A DNA stretch of 58,310 bases from NCBI GenBank assembly GCA_964458035.1, contig CAYWFZ010000001.1, positions 1-58,310 of the forward strand, read 5' to 3'. The translations under genes and the position numbers were made by a program. The notes under the pieces were generated by a model, which saw only the letters and a program-made list of their open reading frames with translations, was not told the DNA's origin and did not search any database. Numbering within the stretch: position 1 is the first letter of the stretch; the number at the start of each line of letters is the position of its first letter. Shown one piece after another: positions 9,766-19,399 of the stretch. The stretch comes from an uncultured Muribaculaceae bacterium (GTDB lineage Bacteria > Bacillota_I > Bacilli_A > RF39 > UBA660).

Positions 9766-10424
9766 AGATAAGTATTTTAACTCTCTTTCCACATATGTTT
9801 GATAATTTTTTAACAGAATCTATTATTAAAAGAGCGATAGATAAAAACTTAGTTAATGTTGAAGTTATTGATATACGTTCTTTTTCTAAATTAAATAATA
9901 ATCAAGTTGATGATACTCCATATGGTGGTGGGGCTGGCATGGTTATGATGGTTGAGCCAGTAGTTGATGCGATTAATTCGGTTAAAGGTCCTGATTCAAA
10001 GGTATATTTAATGAGTCCTTCAGGAAAACCTTTTAAGCAGATTGATGCCATTAATTTAAGTAAAGAAAAACATATTATTTTAATATGTGGACATTACGAG
10101 GGAATTGATGAGAGAATTAGCTATTATATTGATGGCGAAATATCTATTGGGGACTTTATTTTAACGGGTGGAGAAATACCTGCTATGGCAGTAAGTGATG
10201 CAGTTATTAGATTATTGGATGGTGTTATCAAGGAAGAAAGCTATACAAATGAATCTTTTAGTGAATCTTTACTTGATTACCCATCATATACTAAACCACC
10301 AGTCTATGATGGACATGAAGTGCCAGGAGTTTTAATGTCAGGACATCATAAAAATATAGATGAGTGGCGAAAGACTGAACAGATTAAAAGAACTCAAGAA
10401 AGAAGACCCGATTTATTAAAATAA
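9762..10424 (+). CDS. trmD: tRNA (guanine37-N1)-methyltransferase TrmD
   Basis: ISILTLFPHMF, DDTPYGGGAGMVM, ICGHYEGIDERI and SIGDFILTGGE motifs. Confidence 0.95.
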   Translation: MKISILTLFPHMFDNFLTESIIKRAIDKNLVNVEVIDIRSFSKLNNNQVDDTPYGGGAGMVMMVEPVVDAINSVKGPDSKVYLMSPSGKPFKQIDAINLSKEKHIILICGHYEGIDERISYYIDGEISIGDFILTGGEIPAMAVSDAVIRLLDGVIKEESYTNESFSESLLDYPSYTKPPVYDGHEVPGVLMSGHHKNIDEWRKTEQIKRTQERRPDLLK

Positions 10425-10459
10425 GAAGCTAAAACATCCGGAAGAGGGAGGTGTAAAAA

Positions 10460-10912
10460 ATGAGTAATTATATGGTGAAAAAAGATATGCAAACGGGAAA
10501 AATCGTCTATATGGAGTATGATTTAGAAGGCTATAGCTTTAAGCCTAAAAACACAACGGATAAGCCTTATATAAGTGTTAATAATGTTACAATATATAAA
10601 CCAGAGATGATAGATAATTTACTTGCAAAAAAGTTTTCTAAGAAGTTTGATCGTTTGTCCCAGATAATTATGAATTTTTTATTTCAAGATGATGATGACT
10701 CTGACGAGGGTGATTTTATGATTCTTCTGGATGAAGTGGCTAGATTAAAGTCGATTGTTGAGTTAAAGTATAAAAAGTTTTTAAGTAATGAAGAATATAA
10801 AGATTATATACATAAGCTTGATTTTTTAGATGGACAGTTGAGGCAAAAGATTGCAATAATCAATTATAGAAAGAATTTAGATTACGAAGTGTCTCAAGGT
10901 AGAAGTCGTTAA
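10460..10912 (+). CDS. hypothetical protein with acidic stretch, in the position usually held by rplS
   Basis: 150-aa ORF with GGGAGGTG Shine-Dalgarno sequence. No recognised motif. Confidence 0.55.
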   Translation: MSNYMVKKDMQTGKIVYMEYDLEGYSFKPKNTTDKPYISVNNVTIYKPEMIDNLLAKKFSKKFDRLSQIIMNFLFQDDDDSDEGDFMILLDEVARLKSIVELKYKKFLSNEEYKDYIHKLDFLDGQLRQKIAIINYRKNLDYEVSQGRSR

Positions 10913-11045
10913 TAATTTAGTAAATTTAGTGTTACATGTGATTAATTTCCATTATTAATTGCATTTTTTGTTTTAAAGTGCGATAATCCTTGATTTAAGT
11001 GGCGTTTTAATATATAATTTTAAGAGTAAGAAAAGAGGAAGAAAC

Positions 11046-12290
11046 ATGAAAAACGTAAAGGAAATTACTGTTGAAGTTAAGGGTAAAGATTGGGAAGCTG
11101 CTCTTGACAAAGCTTTTAATAAAAAGAAAAAAGATATAAAAATTGATGGGTTTAGAAAAGGCTCTGTTACAAAGGAAATATTTATTAAAAAAGCAGGTAT
11201 TGAATCTCTATTTATGGATGCTGCTGATATTGTAATTGATACTGAATATAAGAAGATTATTGAAGATAAGAAAAATGATATTGTTTGTGAACCTTCTGTT
11301 TCAATTGAAAAAATTGATAAGGATTCAATAACTGTTAAATTTACTTTAATTGGTAGACCAGAAGTAAAACTAGGTAAATATAAAGACCTTGGTATCAAAC
11401 GTGAAAAGGTAAGTGTTACAAAAGAAGAAATTGAACATGAAATACATCATATTATGGAACACATGGCCGAAATCGTTGTTAAGGAAAATGGTGAAGTAGT
11501 TAAAGGAAACACTGCTGTTATCGATTTTGAAGGTGTTGTAGATGGTAAGAAGCTAGATGGTGGAACTGGTGCTAACTATCCACTTGAAATTGGATCTAAT
11601 ACTTTTATTCCTGGATTTGAAGATGGAATTGTTGGAATGAAGGTTGGCGAAAAGAAAGTATTAAAATTAAAATTCCCAGAAAATTATTCTCCTGAACTTA
11701 AAGGAAAAGATGTTGAATTTACTGTTACTGTTCGTGAAATTAAAGAAAGAATTGAACCTGAAATGAATAAGGAATTCTTTGAAGATTTAGGTATTGAAGG
11801 TGTTAATTCAAAAGAAACTTTAGAAAAGAATGTTAAAGAAGAATTAACTAAGCAAAAAGAACAACAAGTAGATGACAAATATATAGATGATCTTTTAAGA
11901 AAAGCTACTGATAATATGAAAGTAGATATTAATAATGAAATAATTGATGCTGAAATTAATAGAATGGCAGCACAATTAGAACAAGAACTTAAGATGCAAG
12001 GTGCTACTCTTGAACAATATTTAGCTATGGTTGGAACTAAGATGGAAGACTTTAGATCGACTTTAAAACCTCAAGCTATTGCTAGAGTAAAAACTAGATA
12101 TTTACTTGAAGAAGTTGTAAAGGCTGAAAAGATTAGTGCAACTAAGACAGATATTAAGAACAAGGCTAAAGAAGAAGCAGAAAAATATGGTATGAAAGAA
12201 GAAGAATTCATAAATGCTGTTGGTGGCGAGGACGCTATTAAGTATGAAGTTGAAATGGAAAAAGCCATTGACATTATTAAAGAAAGTTAG
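11046..12290 (+). CDS. tig: trigger factor
   Basis: N-terminal GFRKG ribosome-binding signature, central FKBP-type PPIase (AVIDFEGVVDGKKLDGGTG, FIPGFEDGIVGMKVGE) and a helical C-terminal arm. Confidence 0.92.
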   Translation: MKNVKEITVEVKGKDWEAALDKAFNKKKKDIKIDGFRKGSVTKEIFIKKAGIESLFMDAADIVIDTEYKKIIEDKKNDIVCEPSVSIEKIDKDSITVKFTLIGRPEVKLGKYKDLGIKREKVSVTKEEIEHEIHHIMEHMAEIVVKENGEVVKGNTAVIDFEGVVDGKKLDGGTGANYPLEIGSNTFIPGFEDGIVGMKVGEKKVLKLKFPENYSPELKGKDVEFTVTVREIKERIEPEMNKEFFEDLGIEGVNSKETLEKNVKEELTKQKEQQVDDKYIDDLLRKATDNMKVDINNEIIDAEINRMAAQLEQELKMQGATLEQYLAMVGTKMEDFRSTLKPQAIARVKTRYLLEEVVKAEKISATKTDIKNKAKEEAEKYGMKEEEFINAVGGEDAIKYEVEMEKAIDIIKES

Positions 12291-12308
12291 GAGTTTAAAT
12301 AAACTCCT
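12291..12308. terminator. bidirectional hairpin between tig (+) and the flippase gene (-)
   Basis: GGAGTTT-AAAT-AAACTCC followed by TTTTT. Confidence 0.7.
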
Positions 12309-12310
12309 TT

Positions 12311-13594
12311 TTATATGTAACCAAGCTCTTTAAGTTTTCTAATATTTAGATAATTAACTGCTAAGATGTCTATTATTTCAGAGATAACTAAGCCATATAT
12401 TCCAATACTTAGAAAAGATAGAACTGCTAGTGATATTATTTTTATAATACAACCTATTAATGTGGTTTGCATGGTGTATTTAGATAAATTTAAGCCTTGT
12501 AAGACACTCGATAAGGGGCCTTCAATGTAAAACAATGGAAAGAATATGGCAAGTAGTTTTATGTAGTCTATACCTTTATTTGTGTCATATAGGATGTCTA
12601 ATAAAAGAGAACTTCTAAAATATAGGAATATACAATAGATTATTCCAATAAGTAAGGATATACCTATACATCTTTTTAGAAGCTTTCTTATATATGACTT
12701 ATTATTGTAATTCTTTGATACTTCGGGTATGAGAGTTGTATTTATGGCAAGAGATATGAATGCAGGCATGGTTAATATTGGTATAACGTAGGCATTGTAG
12801 ACACCATACTCGCCTTGAATAAAGTTTTTGGAGTATCCTACAAATAGTAAGATATTGGTTAAGATTATGGGTTCAAAAAAATAACAGATATTTCCGATTA
12901 ACCTTCCAGATAGGTTAGGAATGGAAATTGATAGTATCTCATTCATTAATGGTACTCTTATTTTTAAATCAGATAATGTAATACTTATATTTTTAGGCAA
13001 GAAAAATAAATACACTATTATTTGAGCTATTTCTGATACGGCTGATATTATAATATAACCTGATACAGCAAGAGTAATAGATTTTTTTAAAAGAAATGGT
13101 ATAACTACAATTAGAAGCACAAGTCTTACTAGTTGTTCAATTATAGTACTAATAGCATTAGGCATCATATTTTGTTTTCCAAAATAATAACCTTTTATAA
13201 TTCCTGAGATGCTAGTGAATGGTAGTACAAAGCAAATTGATATTATAGGATAGTAGGTTTCACTGCTTTTTAATAAAGTATTGGATAATATAGGTGCAAA
13301 GAATAAAATGATAGCAATTATAACCACATTAAATAACAAAGTTATTGGTATAATGCTTGCAATAATATGAATACCACGATTATTGTTTTTAGCCATGATG
13401 CATGATATAGCATAGGGCAATCCCAATTGGGTAATTGCTATTAAAAGAGAATATGTTGGCATGATAAGAGAATAGATGTTTATTCCATCACCAATAATTC
13501 TTACTAAAATAATTTTTATAAAAAATCCTAAACATTTGGAAATCATTGTGCCAATTAAGAGGATTAATGTTGACTTTATAAATAAGTTTTTCAT
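12311..13594 (-). CDS. MOP-superfamily polysaccharide/lipid II flippase-like protein (SpoVB/MurJ-like)
   Basis: 427 aa, polytopic membrane protein. Position next to comN-like/relA/dtd mirrors Bacillus spoVB. Confidence 0.6.
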   Translation of the reverse strand: MKNLFIKSTLILLIGTMISKCLGFFIKIILVRIIGDGINIYSLIMPTYSLLIAITQLGLPYAISCIMAKNNNRGIHIIASIIPITLLFNVVIIAIILFFAPILSNTLLKSSETYYPIISICFVLPFTSISGIIKGYYFGKQNMMPNAISTIIEQLVRLVLLIVVIPFLLKKSITLAVSGYIIISAVSEIAQIIVYLFFLPKNISITLSDLKIRVPLMNEILSISIPNLSGRLIGNICYFFEPIILTNILLFVGYSKNFIQGEYGVYNAYVIPILTMPAFISLAINTTLIPEVSKNYNNKSYIRKLLKRCIGISLLIGIIYCIFLYFRSSLLLDILYDTNKGIDYIKLLAIFFPLFYIEGPLSSVLQGLNLSKYTMQTTLIGCIIKIISLAVLSFLSIGIYGLVISEIIDILAVNYLNIRKLKELGYI

Positions 13595-13647
13595 GTATTC
13601 TCCTTTAAAGTTTATTTGATTTGTTATATAATTATATATGATTTATA

Positions 13648-13941
13648 ATGCAGAAATATTATGGTGATATTATGGAAAATAAATTTACGACACAAAATGA
13701 ACTTTATAGAAAAGTCTTACCTGCTTTAAAAACGAAAAAGAATGAAATGTATAGAGAAGGTATTAGATGTGTAAAAGAGATTGATCTTTGGGAGTATCAT
13801 AAGGAATTTACATGGAGAAAAGCTAAAGGGTTAACTTTAGCTAGTATTGTTAATGATATTTTAAATACGGATAGTAAACTATATGAGGATTATATAGTAA
13901 AAAGATATAGGGAAAGTGATGAATATGAAAGCACGAATTAA
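13648..13941 (+). CDS. ComN (YrzD)-like post-transcriptional regulator family protein (tentative)
   Basis: 97 aa. ALKTKKNEMYREGIRCVKEIDLWEY...W...ASIVNDILN resembles the ComN family pattern. Synteny spoVB-comN...relA-dtd. Alternative start ATG 13672. Confidence 0.45.
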   Translation: MQKYYGDIMENKFTTQNELYRKVLPALKTKKNEMYREGIRCVKEIDLWEYHKEFTWRKAKGLTLASIVNDILNTDSKLYEDYIVKRYRESDEYESTN

Positions 13942-16078
13942 GACTCTTTTATCTATTTGTCAAGAAAATAGATATCTTGATTCTGAGATGGATTTAATAA
14001 AGAAAGCAATAGATTTTGCATCAGTTCAACATAAGGGTATGAAAAGAAAAAATGGGGATGACTATATAACTCACCCAATTGAAGTTGCTATAATTGTAGC
14101 TAATTTAAATACGGATGCAGAAACTGTTATATCAGCTTTAGTTCATGAGACAATTGATCATGGATCTTCTTCTTTTGAAGAGTTAGAAAGTATGTTTGGG
14201 ACAGATGTTAAAAATATAGTTGTTTCATTAACTAAGGTTAATAGACTTCATCTTCTTGATGCTTCAGAATCCTCTTCATTATATTTAAGAAAGGTTTTAG
14301 TTGCTTTATCTGAAGATGTTAGAGTAATTATTTTAAAACTTGCTGGACGTGTACATAACTTGAGGACTAATGAAGGATTAAGTAAAGAAAAGCAAAAGCA
14401 AAAAGCTTTAGAGACTTGGAATGTTTTAATTCCTATCGCGCATCGTTTAGGTATTAATCAGTTAAAAAGTGAACTAGAAGATTTGAGTTTTAGATACTTA
14501 AAACCTGATGTTTATAATGATATTGAAGCTGAATTACCTGCCCCAAGAACTGAACTTGAAAATATTCTTGCATCTGTATTAGATGAGATTACTGAACTAT
14601 TAAGAGATAACAATATTAAGTTTGAAATTAAGGGAAGAGTTAAGTCTGTATCAAGCCTTTATAATAAGCTTTCTAATGGTAAAAAATGGGGAGATATATA
14701 TGATATTTTAGGAATTAGAGTTATTTGTGAAGAGGAGAGTGAATGTTATTTAATAATTGGTTTGATTCACTCGATTTACAGACCTATTCCTAAAAGGTTT
14801 AAAGACTATATAGCAATGCCTAAGGGTAACTCTTATCAATCTTTACATACTGGCGTATTTGGCCCTAATGGTTTTCCTATAGAGGTACAAGTTCGTACTA
14901 AAGAAATGAATGAAATTGCTGAACATGGTGTTGCATCTCACTGGTCTTATAAAGAAAAGAATTCTCGTCATATTCAAAGTGTTATGGAACAAAAACTACA
15001 AATGTTTAGAAACACTATTGAAGCTAGTAGTGATGAGATAACTGATGATGATGCATTTGCTGATTCTATTGAACAAGAATTACTTTCATCTTCTATTTAT
15101 GTTTATACTCCTAAAGGGGATGTAGTTGAACTTCCAAGTGGTTCAACGCCAATTGATTTTGCTTATCGAATTCACTCTAGAGTAGGAGAAACGACAGTTG
15201 GAGCTATTGTTAATGATCAAATGGTTCCGCTTGACTATAAACTTAACGATAATGATATTGTTAAGATAATGACTGATAAGAATTCGAGTCCTAATAAAGA
15301 TTGGATTAATTTCGTTAGAACAACTGCTGCTAAGAGCAAAATTAAAGCTTATTTTTCTAAACAAGATAAAGAAGAATACATTGTTAGAGGAAAAGATTTA
15401 TTAGAACGAGAACTTAGAAGACAAAAACTTAGTATTCAAGACGCTTTAACTGAAGAAAGACAAATGAAAGTTATAAAAGATTTGAAGTTAAGCAATTTTG
15501 ATGAGGTATATTTAAGTATTGGATCTCTTAGATACACACCTTTATATGTCGCAAATTTATTATTTGAAGATAAAAAGAATGTACAAGACTTGCTTATTGA
15601 TAAAATAATGAATAATGCAAATACTCCTAAGACTAATTATAAAAATGATATAATTGTTTCGGGATGTGATGATATTCTTGTGAATTTAGCAAGTTGCTGC
15701 AAACCTGTATATGGTGAAGCTATAATTGGATATATTACTAAAGGACAAGGAATTACAGTTCATCGCACGGATTGTCCAAATGTAAAAGATTTAGAAACAA
15801 GATTAATTGATGTCTCTTGGAATGAAGCAAAAAGGGAAGATGATAAACAATATGTTTCTAAGATGACTTTAGAGACAAATGGCCTTAAAGGTAGTGTTTT
15901 AGATATTGTTACTAAAGCTACACTAAGAAATATTTATGTAAGTAGTATTAATGAAATTAACAGAAATGGTGTTATATTTTATGATTTACTTGTTAAAGTA
16001 AAAAATAAATCTGAATTAGATTTATTTATGGATGAACTTATGACTTTGCCATTTATCGTTGATATAAAGAGGTATTAG
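13916..16078 (+). CDS. relA: long RSH (p)ppGpp synthetase Rel/RelA-type (HD-like, synthetase, TGS, ACT domains)
   Basis: Synthetase motifs GRVKSVSSLYNKL, DILGIRVI, YIAMPKGNSYQSLHT, EVQVRTKEMNEIAEHGVASHW. TGS motif IYVYTPKGDVVELPSGSTPIDFAY. Start ambiguous (GTG 13916, ATG 13919 or 13925). Confidence 0.92.
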   Translation: MMNMKARIKTLLSICQENRYLDSEMDLIKKAIDFASVQHKGMKRKNGDDYITHPIEVAIIVANLNTDAETVISALVHETIDHGSSSFEELESMFGTDVKNIVVSLTKVNRLHLLDASESSSLYLRKVLVALSEDVRVIILKLAGRVHNLRTNEGLSKEKQKQKALETWNVLIPIAHRLGINQLKSELEDLSFRYLKPDVYNDIEAELPAPRTELENILASVLDEITELLRDNNIKFEIKGRVKSVSSLYNKLSNGKKWGDIYDILGIRVICEEESECYLIIGLIHSIYRPIPKRFKDYIAMPKGNSYQSLHTGVFGPNGFPIEVQVRTKEMNEIAEHGVASHWSYKEKNSRHIQSVMEQKLQMFRNTIEASSDEITDDDAFADSIEQELLSSSIYVYTPKGDVVELPSGSTPIDFAYRIHSRVGETTVGAIVNDQMVPLDYKLNDNDIVKIMTDKNSSPNKDWINFVRTTAAKSKIKAYFSKQDKEEYIVRGKDLLERELRRQKLSIQDALTEERQMKVIKDLKLSNFDEVYLSIGSLRYTPLYVANLLFEDKKNVQDLLIDKIMNNANTPKTNYKNDIIVSGCDDILVNLASCCKPVYGEAIIGYITKGQGITVHRTDCPNVKDLETRLIDVSWNEAKREDDKQYVSKMTLETNGLKGSVLDIVTKATLRNIYVSSINEINRNGVIFYDLLVKVKNKSELDLFMDELMTLPFIVDIKRY

Positions 16079-16525
16079 ATGAAAGTAGTTGTACAAAGAG
16101 TAAAATCAAGCAGTGTTACTGTTGATGGGAAGTTAATTAATGAAATTGGTATTGGCTTTAACTTACTCGTTGGAATTAATGTAAATGATACTTTAGATGA
16201 TGTAGATTATTTAGTGCGAAAAGTTGTTAATTTACGAGTATTTGATGATGAAAACGGGGTTATGAATAAATCGATTTTAGACACTCCGGGTGCTGAAATT
16301 CTTTCAATTTCACAATTTACTTTGCAAGCTGATACAAAAAAGGGAAACCGACCTAGCTATATTAATGCTATGAGAGGGGAAGAAGCTAAAGTTTTATATC
16401 AGGAATTTAATAAGAAACTATCCGAGTATGTTAAAACTTATGATGGAGTATTTGGAGCTGACATGAAAGTGAGCATTTTAAATGATGGCCCAATCACTAT
16501 AATAATTGATTCGAAGGACAAATAA
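16079..16525 (+). CDS. dtd: D-aminoacyl-tRNA deacylase
   Basis: MKVVVQRVKSSSV..., SQFTLQADTKKGNRPS, ILNDGPITIIIDS. Confidence 0.93.
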   Translation: MKVVVQRVKSSSVTVDGKLINEIGIGFNLLVGINVNDTLDDVDYLVRKVVNLRVFDDENGVMNKSILDTPGAEILSISQFTLQADTKKGNRPSYINAMRGEEAKVLYQEFNKKLSEYVKTYDGVFGADMKVSILNDGPITIIIDSKDK

Positions 16526-16533
16526 TGTCCTTT

Positions 16534-16878
16534 TTATTTTGTCTTATTTAAGAGCCCAAACATCGTCCCTAGGGTAGTTGATGCTATTATTATTAAGTAA
16601 TAAATTATATTATATAGTGAATGACTACTTAGTAGAATGAAACTAAGAATAAACATAGAGATGGCTATGCTAATACCATATAGGAGTCCCTTTAAGTATC
16701 CTTTATCTGTTATGTTTCTTCCTAGGATAACTCCAGATATAAAAGTTATTATAATCATAAGTATCATTATAATTATTTTATTTAAAGATATTTCAAATAG
16801 ATTAAGAATAGTCATTAGTGTTGCTAAAACGAGTAGGGAAGAAACAGGAAATATTACAAGTTTAATATATTTTTTCAT
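16534..16878 (-). CDS. small 3-4 TM membrane protein (YrzE/TIGR04086-like, tentative)
   Basis: 114 aa, hydrophobic. GVILGRNITDKGYLKGLLYG resembles TIGR04086. Confidence 0.4.
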   Translation of the reverse strand: MKKYIKLVIFPVSSLLVLATLMTILNLFEISLNKIIIMILMIIITFISGVILGRNITDKGYLKGLLYGISIAISMFILSFILLSSHSLYNIIYYLIIIASTTLGTMFGLLNKTK

Positions 16879-16923
16879 AAAAAATCACCTAATAATATAT
16901 ATTAAGTGATTAATAATTTATGA

Positions 16924-17271
16924 TTAACCAATTGCTTTAATAGCAGCTTCTAGATAAGCTCTTGTTAAACCACCTGCGCCTAGCTTTATTCCACCAAAGT
17001 ATCTTACAACTACTATTAAAACATTATCTAGGTTCTTTCTTTCAATCATATTGTATATTGGAGAACCTGCTGTATTAGATGGCTCTTTGTCATCACTTTT
17101 TTTAGCAAGTGGGCCGATTTTATAGGCATATGGCATATGTCTTGCTTTTTTATGTTCTTTTTTTAAATATTCTAATATTTTTTTTACTTCATCTACTGAT
17201 TCTACTTCATAATAAAGTCCAATAAATTTAGATTTCTTGATTTCATAAGTATATTCGTTTATAAGTTTCAT
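16924..17271 (-). CDS. YigZ/IMPACT-family N-terminal domain protein (UPF0029)
   Basis: KKSKFIG, ARHMPYAYKIG, DDKEPSNTAGSPI and VVVRYFGGIKLGAGGLTRAY motifs. Only the N-terminal domain is present (115 aa). Confidence 0.8.
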   Translation of the reverse strand: MKLINEYTYEIKKSKFIGLYYEVESVDEVKKILEYLKKEHKKARHMPYAYKIGPLAKKSDDKEPSNTAGSPIYNMIERKNLDNVLIVVVRYFGGIKLGAGGLTRAYLEAAIKAIG

Positions 17272-17342
17272 AATAGGTACCTCGTGTTTATATTATACCA
17301 TATCATTTACATTATGATATAATAGTTTCATTGGAGGTTTTT

Positions 17343-18536
17343 ATGAGAAAAAATGAATTGGGAGATTTTATAAAAAAATTGAGAATTGAAAAAAAGATTT
17401 CTCAAGAGGAACTAGCAGAAAGTTTATTCTTTACAAGACAGGCCTTGAGTAAGTGGGAAACAGGAAAGAGTTTACCTACAGGAGAGGCTATTGCTAGTTT
17501 AAGTGAGTATTTTAATATACCTATTGAAGAATTTCTAGAAAAAACTGATATTGTTGATATTAAGGAATTGAAGTATAAGTTAAAAGAGATAGAAGAAAAA
17601 AGAAAAATAGATAAAAAGGGTTATTATTTTCTTAATTTGTATGATGAAGAAAGAAATAAGAAAAAAAGAAGCAAAATGCTTTTTGAAAGATGTATTTATG
17701 CTCTTATATTTGCTATACTTTTATTCATTATTTTAAGAATATATACCGGTGTTAAAGTTTATTATGTTGGTGGAGAAAGTGATAATATAAGTATTCAAAA
17801 TTCTTTTCTTATGCTGAGCAGAAGCAAATATTTTTTCGACTTAGGAACAATTACTAATAAAGGAAATAATAAAATTAATTCTTTTGAAATATATTACTAT
17901 AATGGTGAAGGAAACAAGACAAGAGTAACTTATATTGACGAATATGATTATAGTAAGGAAACCTCGAATTTTATATTAACTGATCATAGAGGATATAATG
18001 CCTATTTTAATTATAAAGATTTGGATGAGATATTAAGAACTCTAATGATAGAATTTACTTTTGATGATGGATCTACTGAAATCGTTGATTTTGAATTTAC
18101 AAGCGAGAAAGTAAATAAGATATTTAATGACACAAGAGAGCCTATGGTTCGTGCGTCTGATGAATCTTCAAAAGAGGAACTAACAAATGAATTATTTGAA
18201 TTTATAAAGAATAATTTTGAATCACAAGATGATGGCTGGGTATATAGAATTAAAGAAAAAGAAAGAACAATTGAATGCTTATTACTGGAACCTTCAATTA
18301 TTATCACTGTTAAAGAAGGAAAAATCAAAGAAATATATGATTATACTGTCTTATATAATTATCGAGATATTGTATATAAATTGTATTTGAATGAGAAAGA
18401 AAAAAATGATACTATGGTTAACCTTAATTCAATTTCTACAGATGTTGAACAAAAAATTTATGATGATTTTCGTAGTTATTTAAAAAAATGCGTCAGTAAG
18501 TTTGATGAAAAATATGCAAATAACTTAGAAATATAA
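17343..18536 (+). CDS. XRE-family HTH regulator with TM anchor and extracytoplasmic domain
   Basis: LGDFIKKLRIEKKISQEELAESLFFTRQALSKWETGKSLP is a Cro/C1 HTH. TM CIYALIFAILLFIILRIY. ATG 17343 follows GGAGG. Confidence 0.8.
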   Translation: MRKNELGDFIKKLRIEKKISQEELAESLFFTRQALSKWETGKSLPTGEAIASLSEYFNIPIEEFLEKTDIVDIKELKYKLKEIEEKRKIDKKGYYFLNLYDEERNKKKRSKMLFERCIYALIFAILLFIILRIYTGVKVYYVGGESDNISIQNSFLMLSRSKYFFDLGTITNKGNNKINSFEIYYYNGEGNKTRVTYIDEYDYSKETSNFILTDHRGYNAYFNYKDLDEILRTLMIEFTFDDGSTEIVDFEFTSEKVNKIFNDTREPMVRASDESSKEELTNELFEFIKNNFESQDDGWVYRIKEKERTIECLLLEPSIIITVKEGKIKEIYDYTVLYNYRDIVYKLYLNEKEKNDTMVNLNSISTDVEQKIYDDFRSYLKKCVSKFDEKYANNLEI

Positions 18537-18540
18537 TAAT

Positions 18541-18566
18541 GCAACCAAGTGTTGCTTTATTTTTTG
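18541..18566 (+). terminator. intrinsic terminator after the XRE gene
   Basis: GCAAC-CAAGT-GTTGC followed by TTTATTTTTT. Confidence 0.6.
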
Positions 18567-18717
18567 GTTGATATATTTTATAATGACATCATGAATGAGT
18601 GGCATTCTCCAATGCTTATAACATATTTGAAGAGAATCTAATTATCAGTTAAAAAGGAAGTTTTACTTATTAAATTTATTAATCTATACTTTAGTTATAG
18701 ATTTAGATGAGGTGTGT

Positions 18718-19398
18718 ATGGGGAAAAAAGATGTTATCAAAATAGAAAATATTAAGAAATCGTTTAAGTTAAAGAATGAAGAAATAAATGCAATAGATGA
18801 TTTATCTATTTCTTTTAAGAGTGGTGAGTTTTATGCTATTATGGGCCATTCTGGAAGTGGGAAGTCGACTTTAATAAATGTAATTGGACTTCTTGAAGAA
18901 ATAGATAGTGGTTCTTACTTTATTGATAATGTAGATACGAAGGCATTATCTTCAAAAGAAAGAGCTTATTTGAGAAGAGATAAGTTTGGTTTTATCTTTC
19001 AGGAATTTTGCTTAGATGAATATTTAAAAGCCAAAGAGAATGTCATTTTACCGATGATTATAAATAAAAATATTGATCCAAGTAAAAGAGATAATAAAGC
19101 AACAGAACTTTTAAAATTAGTTGGTGTTGAAGATAGAATGAATCATTTTCCTAAGGAAATGAGTGGTGGAGAAAAGCAAAGAGTTGCTATAGCTAGATGT
19201 TTAGCTAATGATCCTGAAATAATTTTGGCGGATGAACCAACGGGAAATTTGGATGAAGAAAACGAAGAAAAAATATTCGAATTACTTAGAAAACTTGCAA
19301 ATGATGGCAAGTGCGTAATTGTAGTTAGTCATACTAATGAAGTTAAAAAATATGCAGATAAAGTATACCACATAAAAAAAGGAAAGTTGGTAGATTAG
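18718..19398 (+). CDS. ABC transporter ATP-binding protein (MacB/FtsE-like)
   Basis: Walker A GHSGSGKST, signature MSGGEKQRVAIAR, Walker B ILADEPTGNLD, H-loop VVSHT. Confidence 0.93.
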   Translation: MGKKDVIKIENIKKSFKLKNEEINAIDDLSISFKSGEFYAIMGHSGSGKSTLINVIGLLEEIDSGSYFIDNVDTKALSSKERAYLRRDKFGFIFQEFCLDEYLKAKENVILPMIINKNIDPSKRDNKATELLKLVGVEDRMNHFPKEMSGGEKQRVAIARCLANDPEIILADEPTGNLDEENEEKIFELLRKLANDGKCVIVVSHTNEVKKYADKVYHIKKGKLVD

Positions 19399-19399
19399 T

